A stretch of DNA of 64,000 bases from Acidimicrobiales bacterium (GTDB taxonomy: Bacteria; Actinomycetota; Acidimicrobiia; Acidimicrobiales; VFJN01), in assembly GCA_035263165.1 (NCBI GenBank), contig DATFRN010000113.1, positions 35,235 through 99,234 of the forward strand, given 5' to 3'. Positions 21,454 to 30,242 of this stretch are shown piece after piece; positions within the stretch are counted from its first letter, which is position 1; each line of letters starts with the position of its first letter. A program made the position numbers and the translations under genes. The notes under the pieces were generated by a model, which was not told where the DNA came from, did no database searches, and saw only the letters and a program-made list of their open reading frames with translations.

Positions 21454-22458
21454 CTACCAGCCGCGCAGGTCGACGGGCCAGGTGTCGACGACCTCGTCGC
21501 CGTCCACCACCAGCATCCGCTCGTGCTGGGCCACGGTGGGGTCGACGTGGCCGGGCAGCACCCGCACCCGGTCGCCCACCGCCACCGGCCGGTCGGGCTC
21601 GGTGCCGAACGTGATGTGCTCGTCGGACACGAACCAGCAGGTGCCCGCGTCGACCACGGTCGGGTCGCCGTGGTCCATGGCCAGGGCCTTGAGCCCGCCG
21701 TCGAGCACCGCCCAGCCGCCGGGGTTGACCGAGATGACGGTGGTGAGCAGGAACAGCGCCGGCTGGAGCCCGGGGGCGTGGGGCAGGTACTCGCTGTCCA
21801 TGAGGACGTAGGAGCCCGCCTGGATCTCGGTCGCCCACGTGTTGATCGTGTACGTGCCGGTGCCGCCGGCGGAGATCACGTCGCCGCCGACGGCCTCGTG
21901 CGCCGCCAGCAGCCACTCCATCGACTTGGCCACCTCCTCTGCCTTGCGGTCCTCGGGCTCGCGCATGAGGTGGCCCTCGTAGCCCATGACGCCCCGGACC
22001 TCGAGGCCGGCGGCCCGGGCCCGGTCGGCCAGGCGGCCGGCGTCGCCCGGCTCGCAGCCGCAGCGGGGGAGGCCGACGTTGACGTCGACCAGCACCTCCC
22101 GCACCCCGCCCGCGGCGGCGGCGTCGACCGTGACGTCGGAGTCGACGGCCACCGTCACCCGGGCCGCGCCCGCCTCGACGACCGCGCCCAGGCGGCGGCA
22201 GTCGAGGACCTCGTTGGCCAGCAGCAGGTCGTCGCCCAGGCCCGCGGCGGCCATGCCCTCGATCTCACGGACAGTGGCGCACGTGAAGGTGCGGTGGCCG
22301 GCCTCGACCAGCCGGGCCGCCAGGGCCGTCGACTTGAACGCCTTCACGTGGGGTCGGAGCCGGGGTCCGGGCAGGGCGGCGGCCATGGTGGCGACGTTGT
22401 GCTCGAAGGCGTCGCGCACCACGACCAGCGCGGGCGTCGGGATGTCTCGGAGGCGCAC
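21454..22458 (-). CDS. Alanine-racemase-N-fold PLP enzyme (D-threonine aldolase / D-serine dehydratase DSD1-like)
   Basis: TPALVV ... HVKAFKS (PLP Lys) ... GYEGH; about 334 aa. Confidence 0.7.
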   Translation of the reverse strand: MRLRDIPTPALVVVRDAFEHNVATMAAALPGPRLRPHVKAFKSTALAARLVEAGHRTFTCATVREIEGMAAAGLGDDLLLANEVLDCRRLGAVVEAGAARVTVAVDSDVTVDAAAAGGVREVLVDVNVGLPRCGCEPGDAGRLADRARAAGLEVRGVMGYEGHLMREPEDRKAEEVAKSMEWLLAAHEAVGGDVISAGGTGTYTINTWATEIQAGSYVLMDSEYLPHAPGLQPALFLLTTVISVNPGGWAVLDGGLKALAMDHGDPTVVDAGTCWFVSDEHITFGTEPDRPVAVGDRVRVLPGHVDPTVAQHERMLVVDGDEVVDTWPVDLRGW

Positions 22459-22602
22459 GAACGGAGAAGATACCGACGTGGCGACATACGCCGGGTGGCC
22501 CGGTGACGAACAAGGCCCGTGGATGACCGTCGATGCCTTGCATGTGACCGCCCGGTCGGCTGTGCTGGTCCGGGTAAGGGCGGACCAAACGGAGGGACCG
22601 GA

Positions 22603-24978
22603 GTGGCCTCACGCACGCGGTGCAAAAGACCACGTCGAGCGCTGACGCTCGCGACAGCGCTGGTCACCGGCGCACTGGTTCTCTTCGGTTTGGCCGGCCC
22701 CGCCGGCGCCCAGACCCCGCCGCCGGCGCCCGCGCCGGCCCCCGCAGGCGCGGGACACACACCCCCGGCGAACAACACCTTCCCCATCCCGGCGCCCTAC
22801 CAGGTGAACTTCACCGACAGCTGGCACGCCTGCCGGGACGGCTGCAGCCGCAAGCACAAGGGCAACGACCTCCTCACACAGGGTGGTAATCCGGAGGTCG
22901 CGGTCGAGAACGGGGTGATCGCCAAGGTCCAGAACGAGGACCGCGGCCTCGGCGGCCTGACCATCTGGCTGCGGGGCGACTCGGGCGTCGCCTACTACTA
23001 CGCCCACAACTCGGCCAACCTGGTCACGGTCGGCCAGCGGGTGACCAAGGGCCAGATCATCGGCAAGGTCGGCGACACCGGCAACGCCAAGGGCGGCCCC
23101 ACCCACATCCACTTCCAGATCAACGTGTGCGGCCAGCTCACCAGCGACGAGCCCTGCACGGTCGACCCCTACCCGTTCCTCACCTCGTGGCCGCAGGACA
23201 TGGTGGACGGGGGCGGCGACGGCGTCGCCTGGTACTCCCGCAAGACCGCCGGGTGGGGCCTGCGCAACGACGTGGGCGCCGACCTGTCGCCGATGAAGTT
23301 CGGCCCGGCCGGAGCGCCCGACGTGCTGCCGGTGGCCGGCGACTGGGACGGCGACGGGCAGGACTCGGTCGGCCTGTACCGCCGGTCCACCGCCACCTTC
23401 ACGCTGCGGGACGACGAGGGCCACGACATGGCCCCGATCCACTTCGGCACCCCCGGCCGCACCGACGTGTGGCCGATCGCCGGCGACTTCGACGGCGACG
23501 GCCGCGACACCATCGGCCTCTACCAGGAGATCGACGCCACCTTCTCGATCCTGGTCGACAACGGCGTGCGCTCGGCGCCCCTGGCCCTCGGCACCGCCTT
23601 CCGGGCCGACGCCCTGCCGGTCGTCGGCGACTGGGACGGCGACGGGCGCGACTCGGTCGGCGTCTACCAGCAGGCCGACGGCACGATCTCGCTGGTCGAC
23701 GACGAGGGCCGCCCGATCGACCCGGCCTTCGTGCCCAAGCTGGGGCCCCGCCCCGACGGCGAGTCGCCCTTCGACGCCTACCCCGTGGCCGGCGACTGGG
23801 ACTCGGACGGGCGGGACACCGTCGGCCTGATGTGGCGGCACGCCGGCAAGTTCGCCCTGCCCACGCCCAACCTGGCCGACCCGGCCGCCGCCCGCACCGT
23901 CGAGGCCGCCCCGAGCATGGACGCCCTGCCGGTGGCCGGAGACTGGAACGGCCACGACGTGGTCACCCTGGACGAGCTGCGCCAGATGTTCGGGCCGCTG
24001 CCCGACGAGGCCACGATCGCCGCCGGACTGCCCAACCTCAACCAGGCCATGCTGCGGGCCGGCATCACCACCCCGGCCCGCAAGGCCGCCTTCCTGGCCA
24101 CGCTGCGGGCCGAGAGCGGCCTGCGCTACGACGCGGTCGAGGGCGGCAGCGACCGGCGCTACCGGGGACGGGGCTTCATCCAGCTCACCGGCGACTTCAA
24201 CTACCGGGCCGCCGGGAAGTACTTCGACCTGGACCTGCTCGGCAAGCCCGAGCTGGCGGCCAACGGCCTGGTCAGCCCGGCCATCGCCGCCTGGTACTGG
24301 ACCGTGGCCCGCGACATCAACCTGGCCGCCGACCGGCTCGACATGGCCGCGGTCAACATCGCCATCGGCTTCCGGCCCAGCCAGGCCCGGGACACGATGC
24401 GCTGCGACGACTTCATGACCGTGCTGCGCTACTACTCCGGCGGGACGGTGCCCGACGGGGTCAACTGCGCCCGCACCGCCGCCTCCCGGCGCCTGGCGCT
24501 GGCCACCGCGGTGCCCATGATCGCCGGCGGCCCGATGTTCGCCGTGCCGGCCCAGCCGGGCGTGGTCGGCATCGACAAGGGCGCCATCGCCTCGGCCCCG
24601 CCGGCGCCGCCGGCCGCCGCCGCGGTGCCGCCCACGGCGACCGGCTCCACCGGGACGAAGCTGCCGAGGCCGACGACCACGGCGCCCAGGCCCAAGCCGG
24701 GCCGGTCGACCACGACCACCCGGCCGCGGCCGCCGACGAGCCCGACGACGTCCGGGCCGGCCACCTCGGACCCGGCCACGACCACCACCACCGCCCCGCC
24801 GGCCTCGTCCAGCACCACCTCCGCCCCGACGACGACGTCGGCCGACGGCAGCACGACCTCGGCGCCCGCCGACTCGACCACGTCCTCGTCGTCGCCCACG
24901 ACGTCGACGGCGTCGCCGTCGAGCGTGGTGCCCGACTCGACGACGTCGACGACGCTGTTCCAGAGCCAATATCCCTGA
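22603..24978 (+). CDS. Secreted multidomain cell-wall hydrolase: M23 peptidase, five FG-GAP/VCBS-like repeats, GH19-like (COG3179 chitinase/lysozyme) domain and a Pro/Thr/Ser-rich tail
   Basis: GTG 22603 lies 5 nt after GGAGGGA. Signal peptide ALVLFGLAGPAGAQ. M23 HxxxD (HKGND) and HxH (HIHF). Repeats P(V/I)AGDWDGDG.D..G.Y occur five times. GH19-like AESGLRYDAVEGG...YRGRGFIQLTGDFNY...AAWYW. Low-complexity tail 24600-24960. Confidence 0.8.
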   Translation: MASRTRCKRPRRALTLATALVTGALVLFGLAGPAGAQTPPPAPAPAPAGAGHTPPANNTFPIPAPYQVNFTDSWHACRDGCSRKHKGNDLLTQGGNPEVAVENGVIAKVQNEDRGLGGLTIWLRGDSGVAYYYAHNSANLVTVGQRVTKGQIIGKVGDTGNAKGGPTHIHFQINVCGQLTSDEPCTVDPYPFLTSWPQDMVDGGGDGVAWYSRKTAGWGLRNDVGADLSPMKFGPAGAPDVLPVAGDWDGDGQDSVGLYRRSTATFTLRDDEGHDMAPIHFGTPGRTDVWPIAGDFDGDGRDTIGLYQEIDATFSILVDNGVRSAPLALGTAFRADALPVVGDWDGDGRDSVGVYQQADGTISLVDDEGRPIDPAFVPKLGPRPDGESPFDAYPVAGDWDSDGRDTVGLMWRHAGKFALPTPNLADPAAARTVEAAPSMDALPVAGDWNGHDVVTLDELRQMFGPLPDEATIAAGLPNLNQAMLRAGITTPARKAAFLATLRAESGLRYDAVEGGSDRRYRGRGFIQLTGDFNYRAAGKYFDLDLLGKPELAANGLVSPAIAAWYWTVARDINLAADRLDMAAVNIAIGFRPSQARDTMRCDDFMTVLRYYSGGTVPDGVNCARTAASRRLALATAVPMIAGGPMFAVPAQPGVVGIDKGAIASAPPAPPAAAAVPPTATGSTGTKLPRPTTTAPRPKPGRSTTTTRPRPPTSPTTSGPATSDPATTTTTAPPASSSTTSAPTTTSADGSTTSAPADSTTSSSSPTTSTASPSSVVPDSTTSTTLFQSQYP

Positions 24979-24984
24979 TAGCGG

Positions 24985-25058
24985 TGCCGGCGGTGGGATT
25001 CGAACCCACACTGGACAGGACCTAAACCTGTTCTCTCTGCCAGTTGGAGTACGCCGGC
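24985..25058 (-). tRNA. tRNA with anticodon UAG (Leu, CUN) but a class-I cloverleaf with a 5-nt variable loop
   Basis: Hand fold: GCCGGCG UA CUC CAACUGGCAGA GAG A ACAGG UUUAGGU CCUGU CCAGU GUGGG UUCGAAU CCCAC CGCCGGC A. All stems are perfect, G18G19 and the T-loop are canonical, and CCA is not encoded. Confidence 0.8.
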
Positions 25059-25101
25059 CGGCGTGTCAGCTTACGGGCGAGTGCCGCTACCCTCTGCGGC
25101 C

Positions 25102-25704
25102 GTGAGCTTGATCCTCCCGACCGCCCCCACCGCCCAGACCACCTCGATCGTCAGCCCGACCCACGAGATCTTCAACCGGCTGCTGCGCGAGCGCATCATC
25201 TTCCTCGGCACCGAGGTCGACGACGACATCGCCAACGTGATCTGCGCCCAGCTCCTCCACCTGGCCGGCGACGAGTCGGACCAGGACGTGTGGCTGTACA
25301 TCAACAGCCCCGGCGGGTCGGTCACGGCCGGAATGGCCATCTACGACACGATGCAGTTCATCGAGCCCGACGTCGCCACGGTGTGCATGGGCCTCGGGGC
25401 GTCGATGGGCCAGTTCCTGCTGTGCGCCGGCGCCAAGGGCAAGCGCTACGCGCTGCCCCACGCCCGGATCATGATGCACCAGCCCTCGGGCGGCTTCCGG
25501 GGCCAGGCGGCCGACATCGCCATCCAGGCCGAGCAGCTCCTGTACGTCAAGCAGCTCATGGCCGAGCGCATCGCCTTCCACACGGGCCAGAACGTCGACC
25601 AGATCCTGGCCGACTCCGAGCGCGACCGCTGGTTCACGGCCGAGCAGGCCAAGGACTACGGCATCATCGACAACGTCATCGTCAAGCGCGGCGAGATGAT
25701 CTAG
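25102..25704 (+). CDS. clpP: ATP-dependent Clp protease proteolytic subunit
   Basis: Catalytic Ser in GLGASMG, His in MMHQPSGG, Asp in DSERDRW. The start is moved to GTG 25102 because the track start abuts the tRNA. Confidence 0.9.
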   Translation: MSLILPTAPTAQTTSIVSPTHEIFNRLLRERIIFLGTEVDDDIANVICAQLLHLAGDESDQDVWLYINSPGGSVTAGMAIYDTMQFIEPDVATVCMGLGASMGQFLLCAGAKGKRYALPHARIMMHQPSGGFRGQAADIAIQAEQLLYVKQLMAERIAFHTGQNVDQILADSERDRWFTAEQAKDYGIIDNVIVKRGEMI

Positions 25705-26351
25705 CCCGTGAACGTGGGCTGGGCCACGACGGGCGCCGCCGGCGGTGCCGAGGGCGCAGCCGGCGGCCCGGTCACGTCGAACGCGACGGGGTCGTAGTCG
25801 AAGACGAGACCAGAGCCGGTCTCGACCTCGATGTGGCAGCTGGCGCTGACGGCGAATCCATCGTCGGGATCGACGCCCGCCGGCACCATCAGCTGTCCGG
25901 TCCACCCGCCTGCCCCCGCGTCGGGGCCCTCGATGTCCGCCGCGTTGTCGACGACGAGTTGGTGCGTGGTCGTATCGACCAGCCCGACTATGGCGAAGGT
26001 AAAGCCGGTACGCAGGCACGCCGTGCCGTGCACCGTGATCACCGCGCCGGGACGGCCGCTCGTCGGCGACACCTCCAACGGTGGCGGCGGGTCGGAGTTG
26101 GCGACCGGCGGGAACACCAGGGCGTTGTAGCCATCAGCCGGCCCAGGGTTGTCCTCGCAGCCGATCCCGTTGCCGTCCGGGTCGAGCACGCTCGTGTCGA
26201 AGTCCTGCGGGAACACGCTCTGCACGAGGATCACCTGGGTCGGGAAGTCCGCGCAGGTCAACTCCGATTGCTGCTGGGCGGTCGCCGGCGCCGTGCACAC
26301 GAACATGGTTCCTGCCGCCACGACGGCGGCCACCCGTGCCTTGAGCCGCAT
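25701..26351 (-). CDS. Secreted protein with N-terminal Excalibur calcium-binding domain
   Basis: Signal peptide [25 protein letters not shown]. Excalibur-like CADF...[12 protein letters not shown]. Its stop overlaps the clpP stop in the palindrome CTAG. Confidence 0.6.
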   Translation of the reverse strand: MRLKARVAAVVAAGTMFVCTAPATAQQQSELTCADFPTQVILVQSVFPQDFDTSVLDPDGNGIGCEDNPGPADGYNALVFPPVANSDPPPPLEVSPTSGRPGAVITVHGTACLRTGFTFAIVGLVDTTTHQLVVDNAADIEGPDAGAGGWTGQLMVPAGVDPDDGFAVSASCHIEVETGSGLVFDYDPVAFDVTGPPAAPSAPPAAPVVAQPTFTG

Positions 26352-26399
26352 TCGGCGATCCTCCCGACCCGGCGACGGGGTCTACCACAACGTGGTCCC

Positions 26400-27119
26400 T
26401 CACGCACCGAAGCGGCCGTCGCCCGGGTGGACCAGGCCCGACTCGTACGCCGCGATCACCGCCTGGACACGGCTGCGGAGGCCGAGCTTGGCCAGGAGGC
26501 TGCTCACGTGGGTCTTCACCGTGGCCTCGCTGAGGTACAGCTCGGCGGCCAGCTCCGTGTTCGACCAGCCGGCGGCGAGGCCCACGAGGACCTCGCGCTC
26601 GCGGTCCGTCAGGCCCGCTCGGGCGACCGCCTCGGCCATCGGGGTGGGGCCGGAGCGGCCGGCGGCGGCGCCGTCGAGCTCGACGTAGCGCTCGATGACC
26701 CGCCGGGTGACCGCCGGGGCCAGGAGGCTCTCGTGGCGGGCGACGGTGTGGATGGCCTCGATCAGCGGGTCGGGGCCGACGTCCTTGAGCAGGAAGCCGC
26801 TGGCCCCGGCCCGCAGGGCCTCGAACAGGTACTCGTCGTCGTCGAAGGTCGTGAGCACGATCATCCGGGGCGGGGCGTCGGACGACGCGACGATCCGGCG
26901 GGTCGCCTCGAGGCCGTCGAGCAGCGGCATGCGGACGTCCATCAGCACCACGTCGGGCCGGGCGCTGGCCGCCGCCTCGACGGCCGCCAGGCCGTCGGCC
27001 GCCTCGGCCACCACCGCCAGGTCGGGCTCGTTGTCGAGGATCATGCGCAGCCCGGCCCGGATCATCGCCTGGTCGTCGGCCACCAGGACCCGGATCGTCG
27101 TCGCCCCGCCGGCGGTCAC
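26400..27119 (-). CDS. NarL/FixJ-family response regulator (REC plus LuxR HTH)
   Basis: RVLVADDQ ... VVLMDVRMP ... C-terminal LTDREREVL...SEATVKTHVSSLLAKLG. GTG start overlaps the kinase stop by 4 nt. Confidence 0.9.
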   Translation of the reverse strand: MTAGGATTIRVLVADDQAMIRAGLRMILDNEPDLAVVAEAADGLAAVEAAASARPDVVLMDVRMPLLDGLEATRRIVASSDAPPRMIVLTTFDDDEYLFEALRAGASGFLLKDVGPDPLIEAIHTVARHESLLAPAVTRRVIERYVELDGAAAGRSGPTPMAEAVARAGLTDREREVLVGLAAGWSNTELAAELYLSEATVKTHVSSLLAKLGLRSRVQAVIAAYESGLVHPGDGRFGA

Positions 27120-28333
27120 GGCCGGCCGCCGTTGCGGTGGCCGGGCAGCGTGGCCCAGACCGACCAGCCGCCCAGGTCGCTGCGGCCGATGTCCAGGCGC
27201 CCGCCGCAGGCGGCGGCCCGCTCGGCCATCCCCCGCAGCCCGTGGCCGGAGCCGGTGAGGGCCGGGGCCTTGCCGCTGCGGCCGTCGTCGTCGACCGCGA
27301 CCACGAGGTGGCCCGCCTCCTCCGCCACGCGGACGACCGCGCGACGGGCCTCGGCGTGGCGCAGGGCGTTGGTCACGCCCTCCTGGGCGATGCGGACCGC
27401 GGCCAGCTCGACCTGGGGGTCGACCGCCGGGAGCGGGTCGGGCAGCGCCACCTCGACGTCGAGGCCGACGGGGGCCAGCCGCTCGACGATGCCCCGCAGG
27501 TCGGCCAGGGTGGGCTGGGGCGCGAGCTCGACGGTGCGGTCGCCGTCCGCCTCCCGCAGGACCTGCACGGCGTGGCGCATGCCGGTGAGCGCCTCCTTGC
27601 CGGCGTCCGCGATCCACCGCACCGCGTCGACCGCCACGTCGGGCCGGCCGGGGGCGAGCCGCTCGGCCGCCTGGGCCCGGATCACGATGGCGCTGACGTG
27701 GTGGGCGACCGCGTCGTGCAGCTCGCGGGCGATGCGGGTGCGCTCCTCGACCACCACCTTCTGCGACTCGACCGCTCGCAACCGCCGCTGCTCGCGCACG
27801 AGCGCTCCCAGGAACGTGGTGCCCGCCGCCACGAACAGCGCGAACAGCACCCGCGACCAGTCGAGGCCGGGCGCCAGGGTCGGGCCGTCGAGGTCGACGT
27901 ACAGCGCCCCCGTGCCGGCCAGGCACACGGCGCCCGGCACCAGCGGACTGACGGCACCCGACTGCGCGACCAGGTAGGCGATGGCGAGGATGGGCAGCAG
28001 GTGGAACTCGGTGGCATGGGCGAGCACCCCTCCGCCACCACCGGGTCGACCCAGGTCGAACAGCGGCAGGCTCAGCACCCCGACGTACAGCGGCACCGCG
28101 AGGAGCAGGACGACCGGCGGCACCCGGCGCCGGAGCGTGAGCACGGCCGCGGTCGCCAGCATCGCCACCTGGTTCTGGCCCAAGGGGAGATCGGGCCGGC
28201 CCCCGCTGCCCACCGGGGGCAGCTGCACGGCGAGGGTGGCGGCCGTCCAGCCCACGACGACCACGACACCCACGATGACGTCCTGACCGAGGTCGGGAAG
28301 CCGGCGCCACCACGCCGCGAGCTGGTCAGGCAT
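27116..28333 (-). CDS. Sensor histidine kinase (HisKA_3 type)
   Basis: Multi-TM N-terminus, H-box RIARELHDAVAHHVS, and the HATPase motifs EGVTNALRHA and GHGLRGMAERA. Confidence 0.85.
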   Translation of the reverse strand: MPDQLAAWWRRLPDLGQDVIVGVVVVVGWTAATLAVQLPPVGSGGRPDLPLGQNQVAMLATAAVLTLRRRVPPVVLLLAVPLYVGVLSLPLFDLGRPGGGGGVLAHATEFHLLPILAIAYLVAQSGAVSPLVPGAVCLAGTGALYVDLDGPTLAPGLDWSRVLFALFVAAGTTFLGALVREQRRLRAVESQKVVVEERTRIARELHDAVAHHVSAIVIRAQAAERLAPGRPDVAVDAVRWIADAGKEALTGMRHAVQVLREADGDRTVELAPQPTLADLRGIVERLAPVGLDVEVALPDPLPAVDPQVELAAVRIAQEGVTNALRHAEARRAVVRVAEEAGHLVVAVDDDGRSGKAPALTGSGHGLRGMAERAAACGGRLDIGRSDLGGWSVWATLPGHRNGGRP

Positions 28334-28474
28334 CGGCTCACGGTAACCAGACGGCGGTCGCGGTTCATCGGCCGAAAGGCGGACCGGCCGGGTCGGCCCA
28401 TCGGTCCTTCGGACCAGGGGGAACGCCACGTGCGACCGATGTGCCCCTGACCTGGGCCTTCGTACGTTCGCTCC

Positions 28475-29422
28475 ATGGCGAGCACCATCCCCCGACGCCG
28501 CCGGCAGCCGGCGCAGCTCATGCAGGCCGACCCCCGACCCCGACGCCGTCGTCGCCGGGGTCGGGGCGGTCGGCAGGCCGTCGCCTTCATCGTGCAGGTC
28601 GCCGCCGCGCTCCTGGCCATCGCCGCCGTCACCTCCCTGACCTCGGCGGTGACCGACGCCCTCCGCGGCTCCGAGGCCGAGATCGTCCCCCCGGCCCGCG
28701 CCCTCCCCCCGGTCGCGGCCGCCGCCTACGTCGTCGTCGACGGCGGCACGGGCCAGCCCCTGGCCTCGTACAACGCCGACCAGCCCCGCCCGGTGGCCAG
28801 CCTGACCAAGCTCATGACTGCCCGGCTGGTCCTCGACGCCGGGCACCTCGAGCACACGGCGACCGTCCCGTCGCTGCGGATCGCCGGTGACGAGTCGCAG
28901 GCCGGCCTCGAGCCCGGCGAGCACGTGTCGCGGGGCGAGCTGCTGCGGGCGATGCTGGTCGCCAGCGCCGGCGACGCGGCCCGCACCCTGGCGGTCGACG
29001 TGGCCGGCGACGAGGGCCGCTTCGTCCGCATGATGAACGCCGAGGCGGCCGCGGCCGGCCTCGACGCCACCCGCTACGCCAACCCCGACGGCCTCGACGA
29101 TCCGGCGCAGCACTCGTCGGCCGCCGACGTCGCCCACCTCGCCCGCGACCTCATGCGGGACCCCGCCTTCCGCCGCATCGTCGCCGCCGAGACCACCCGG
29201 CTCGACGGCTCGGACCTGCGGACCACCAACGACCTGCTGGGCACCTATCGGGGCGCCGACGGCATCAAGACCGGCCACACCGACGAGGCCGGCTGGTGCA
29301 TCGCCGCCTCCGCCACCCGCAACGGCCACCGCATCCTCGTCGTCGTGCTCGGCGCCCCCTCGGAGCAGGCCCGCGACGCCGGCGCCCGCGCCCTCCTCGA
29401 CTACGGCTTCTCCGTCGCCTAG
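28475..29422 (+). CDS. D-alanyl-D-alanine carboxypeptidase (peptidase S11, PBP5-like), membrane anchored
   Basis: SLTK (SxxK) and KTGHT (KTG). The second motif reads SAG rather than SxN, by eye. Arg-rich N-terminus followed by a TM segment. Confidence 0.8.
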   Translation: MASTIPRRRRQPAQLMQADPRPRRRRRRGRGGRQAVAFIVQVAAALLAIAAVTSLTSAVTDALRGSEAEIVPPARALPPVAAAAYVVVDGGTGQPLASYNADQPRPVASLTKLMTARLVLDAGHLEHTATVPSLRIAGDESQAGLEPGEHVSRGELLRAMLVASAGDAARTLAVDVAGDEGRFVRMMNAEAAAAGLDATRYANPDGLDDPAQHSSAADVAHLARDLMRDPAFRRIVAAETTRLDGSDLRTTNDLLGTYRGADGIKTGHTDEAGWCIAASATRNGHRILVVVLGAPSEQARDAGARALLDYGFSVA

Positions 29423-30105
29423 GCGCGCGGCTCCCGCGCCGCCTCGGCGCGGGAGCGGAGGTCGCCGACCGCGTGCTCCAGGCCCTCGGGGTCGCGGTAG
29501 AGGGCCGAGCCCGCCACCAGGACGTTGGCGCCGGCGCGGGCGGCGCCCGCGACCGTGGACGGGGAGATGCCGCCGTCGACCTCGAGGTCGGTGTCGTGGC
29601 CGCCGTCCTCGATCATGCGGCGGATGCGGGCGATCTTGGGCTCCATCGTGGCGATGTAGTCCTGGCCGCCGAACCCCGGGTTGACGGTCATGACCAGCAC
29701 CATCGCGCACAGGTCGAGCACGTTGGCCACCGCCTCGGCCGGCGTCGCCGGGTTGAGGGCCACGGCGGCCTCGGCGCCGAGCTCACGGATGCGGCCCAAC
29801 GTGCGGTGCAGGTGGCGGGTGGCCTCGGCGTGCACGATCAGCAGGCTGCACCCGGCGTCGACGTAGCGGTGGGCCAGCTCGTCGGGCGCCTCGACCATGA
29901 GGTGGGCCTCGAAGGGCACGGTGGCGTGGCCCCGGCAGGCGGCGATGACGTCGGGGCCGAAGGTGAGGTTGGGCACGAACCGCCCGTCCATGACGTCCCA
30001 CTGGATGCGGTCGACCCCCGCCTTATCCAGCGCCGCCACCTCGTCGCCCAGCCGGGCGAAGTCGGCCGGCAGCACGGAGGGGGCGATCTCGATCGGGCGA
30101 TCCAC
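29419..30105 (-). CDS. rpe: Ribulose-phosphate 3-epimerase
   Basis: IAPSVLPADFARLGDEV ... DVMDGRFVPNLTFG ... HLMV ... VDGGI are canonical Rpe motifs. Confidence 0.9.
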   Translation of the reverse strand: MDRPIEIAPSVLPADFARLGDEVAALDKAGVDRIQWDVMDGRFVPNLTFGPDVIAACRGHATVPFEAHLMVEAPDELAHRYVDAGCSLLIVHAEATRHLHRTLGRIRELGAEAAVALNPATPAEAVANVLDLCAMVLVMTVNPGFGGQDYIATMEPKIARIRRMIEDGGHDTDLEVDGGISPSTVAGAARAGANVLVAGSALYRDPEGLEHAVGDLRSRAEAAREPRA

Positions 30106-30242
30106 ACGGCCATCCTAAGAGCCTGCACGTACACGGCACGTCGTCGCGGCCACCGTGGTCTGGATCTCCCGCTCTTGCTGCTTCGCAGCCGGCCGCTCGG
30201 GCCACGGCCACGCCTGTCGGCGCAGCCTCTTAGGGTGGCACC

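Noticed and set aside
24600-24960. Repetitive DNA that might be mistaken for a CRISPR-like or satellite array. The same applies to 37100-37330 and 41690-41930.
   Set aside because: The repeats are in-frame, degenerate and encode Pro/Thr/Ser or Pro/Glu/Ala low-complexity protein tails. There is no repeat-spacer periodicity and there are no cas genes.
24979-25101. A possible integrative element using the tRNA as an attachment site.
   Set aside because: No integrase, excisionase or phage genes lie on either side. I did not see a repeated copy of the tRNA 3' end within the window, though this was checked by eye only.
30114-30234. An 8-bp inverted repeat, CCTAAGAG ... CTCTTAGG, about 105 nt apart in the rpe / RNA-methyltransferase divergent spacer.
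   Set aside because: The arms are short and the loop is long, and nothing supports a structural element. It is plausibly coincidental or ordinary promoter architecture.
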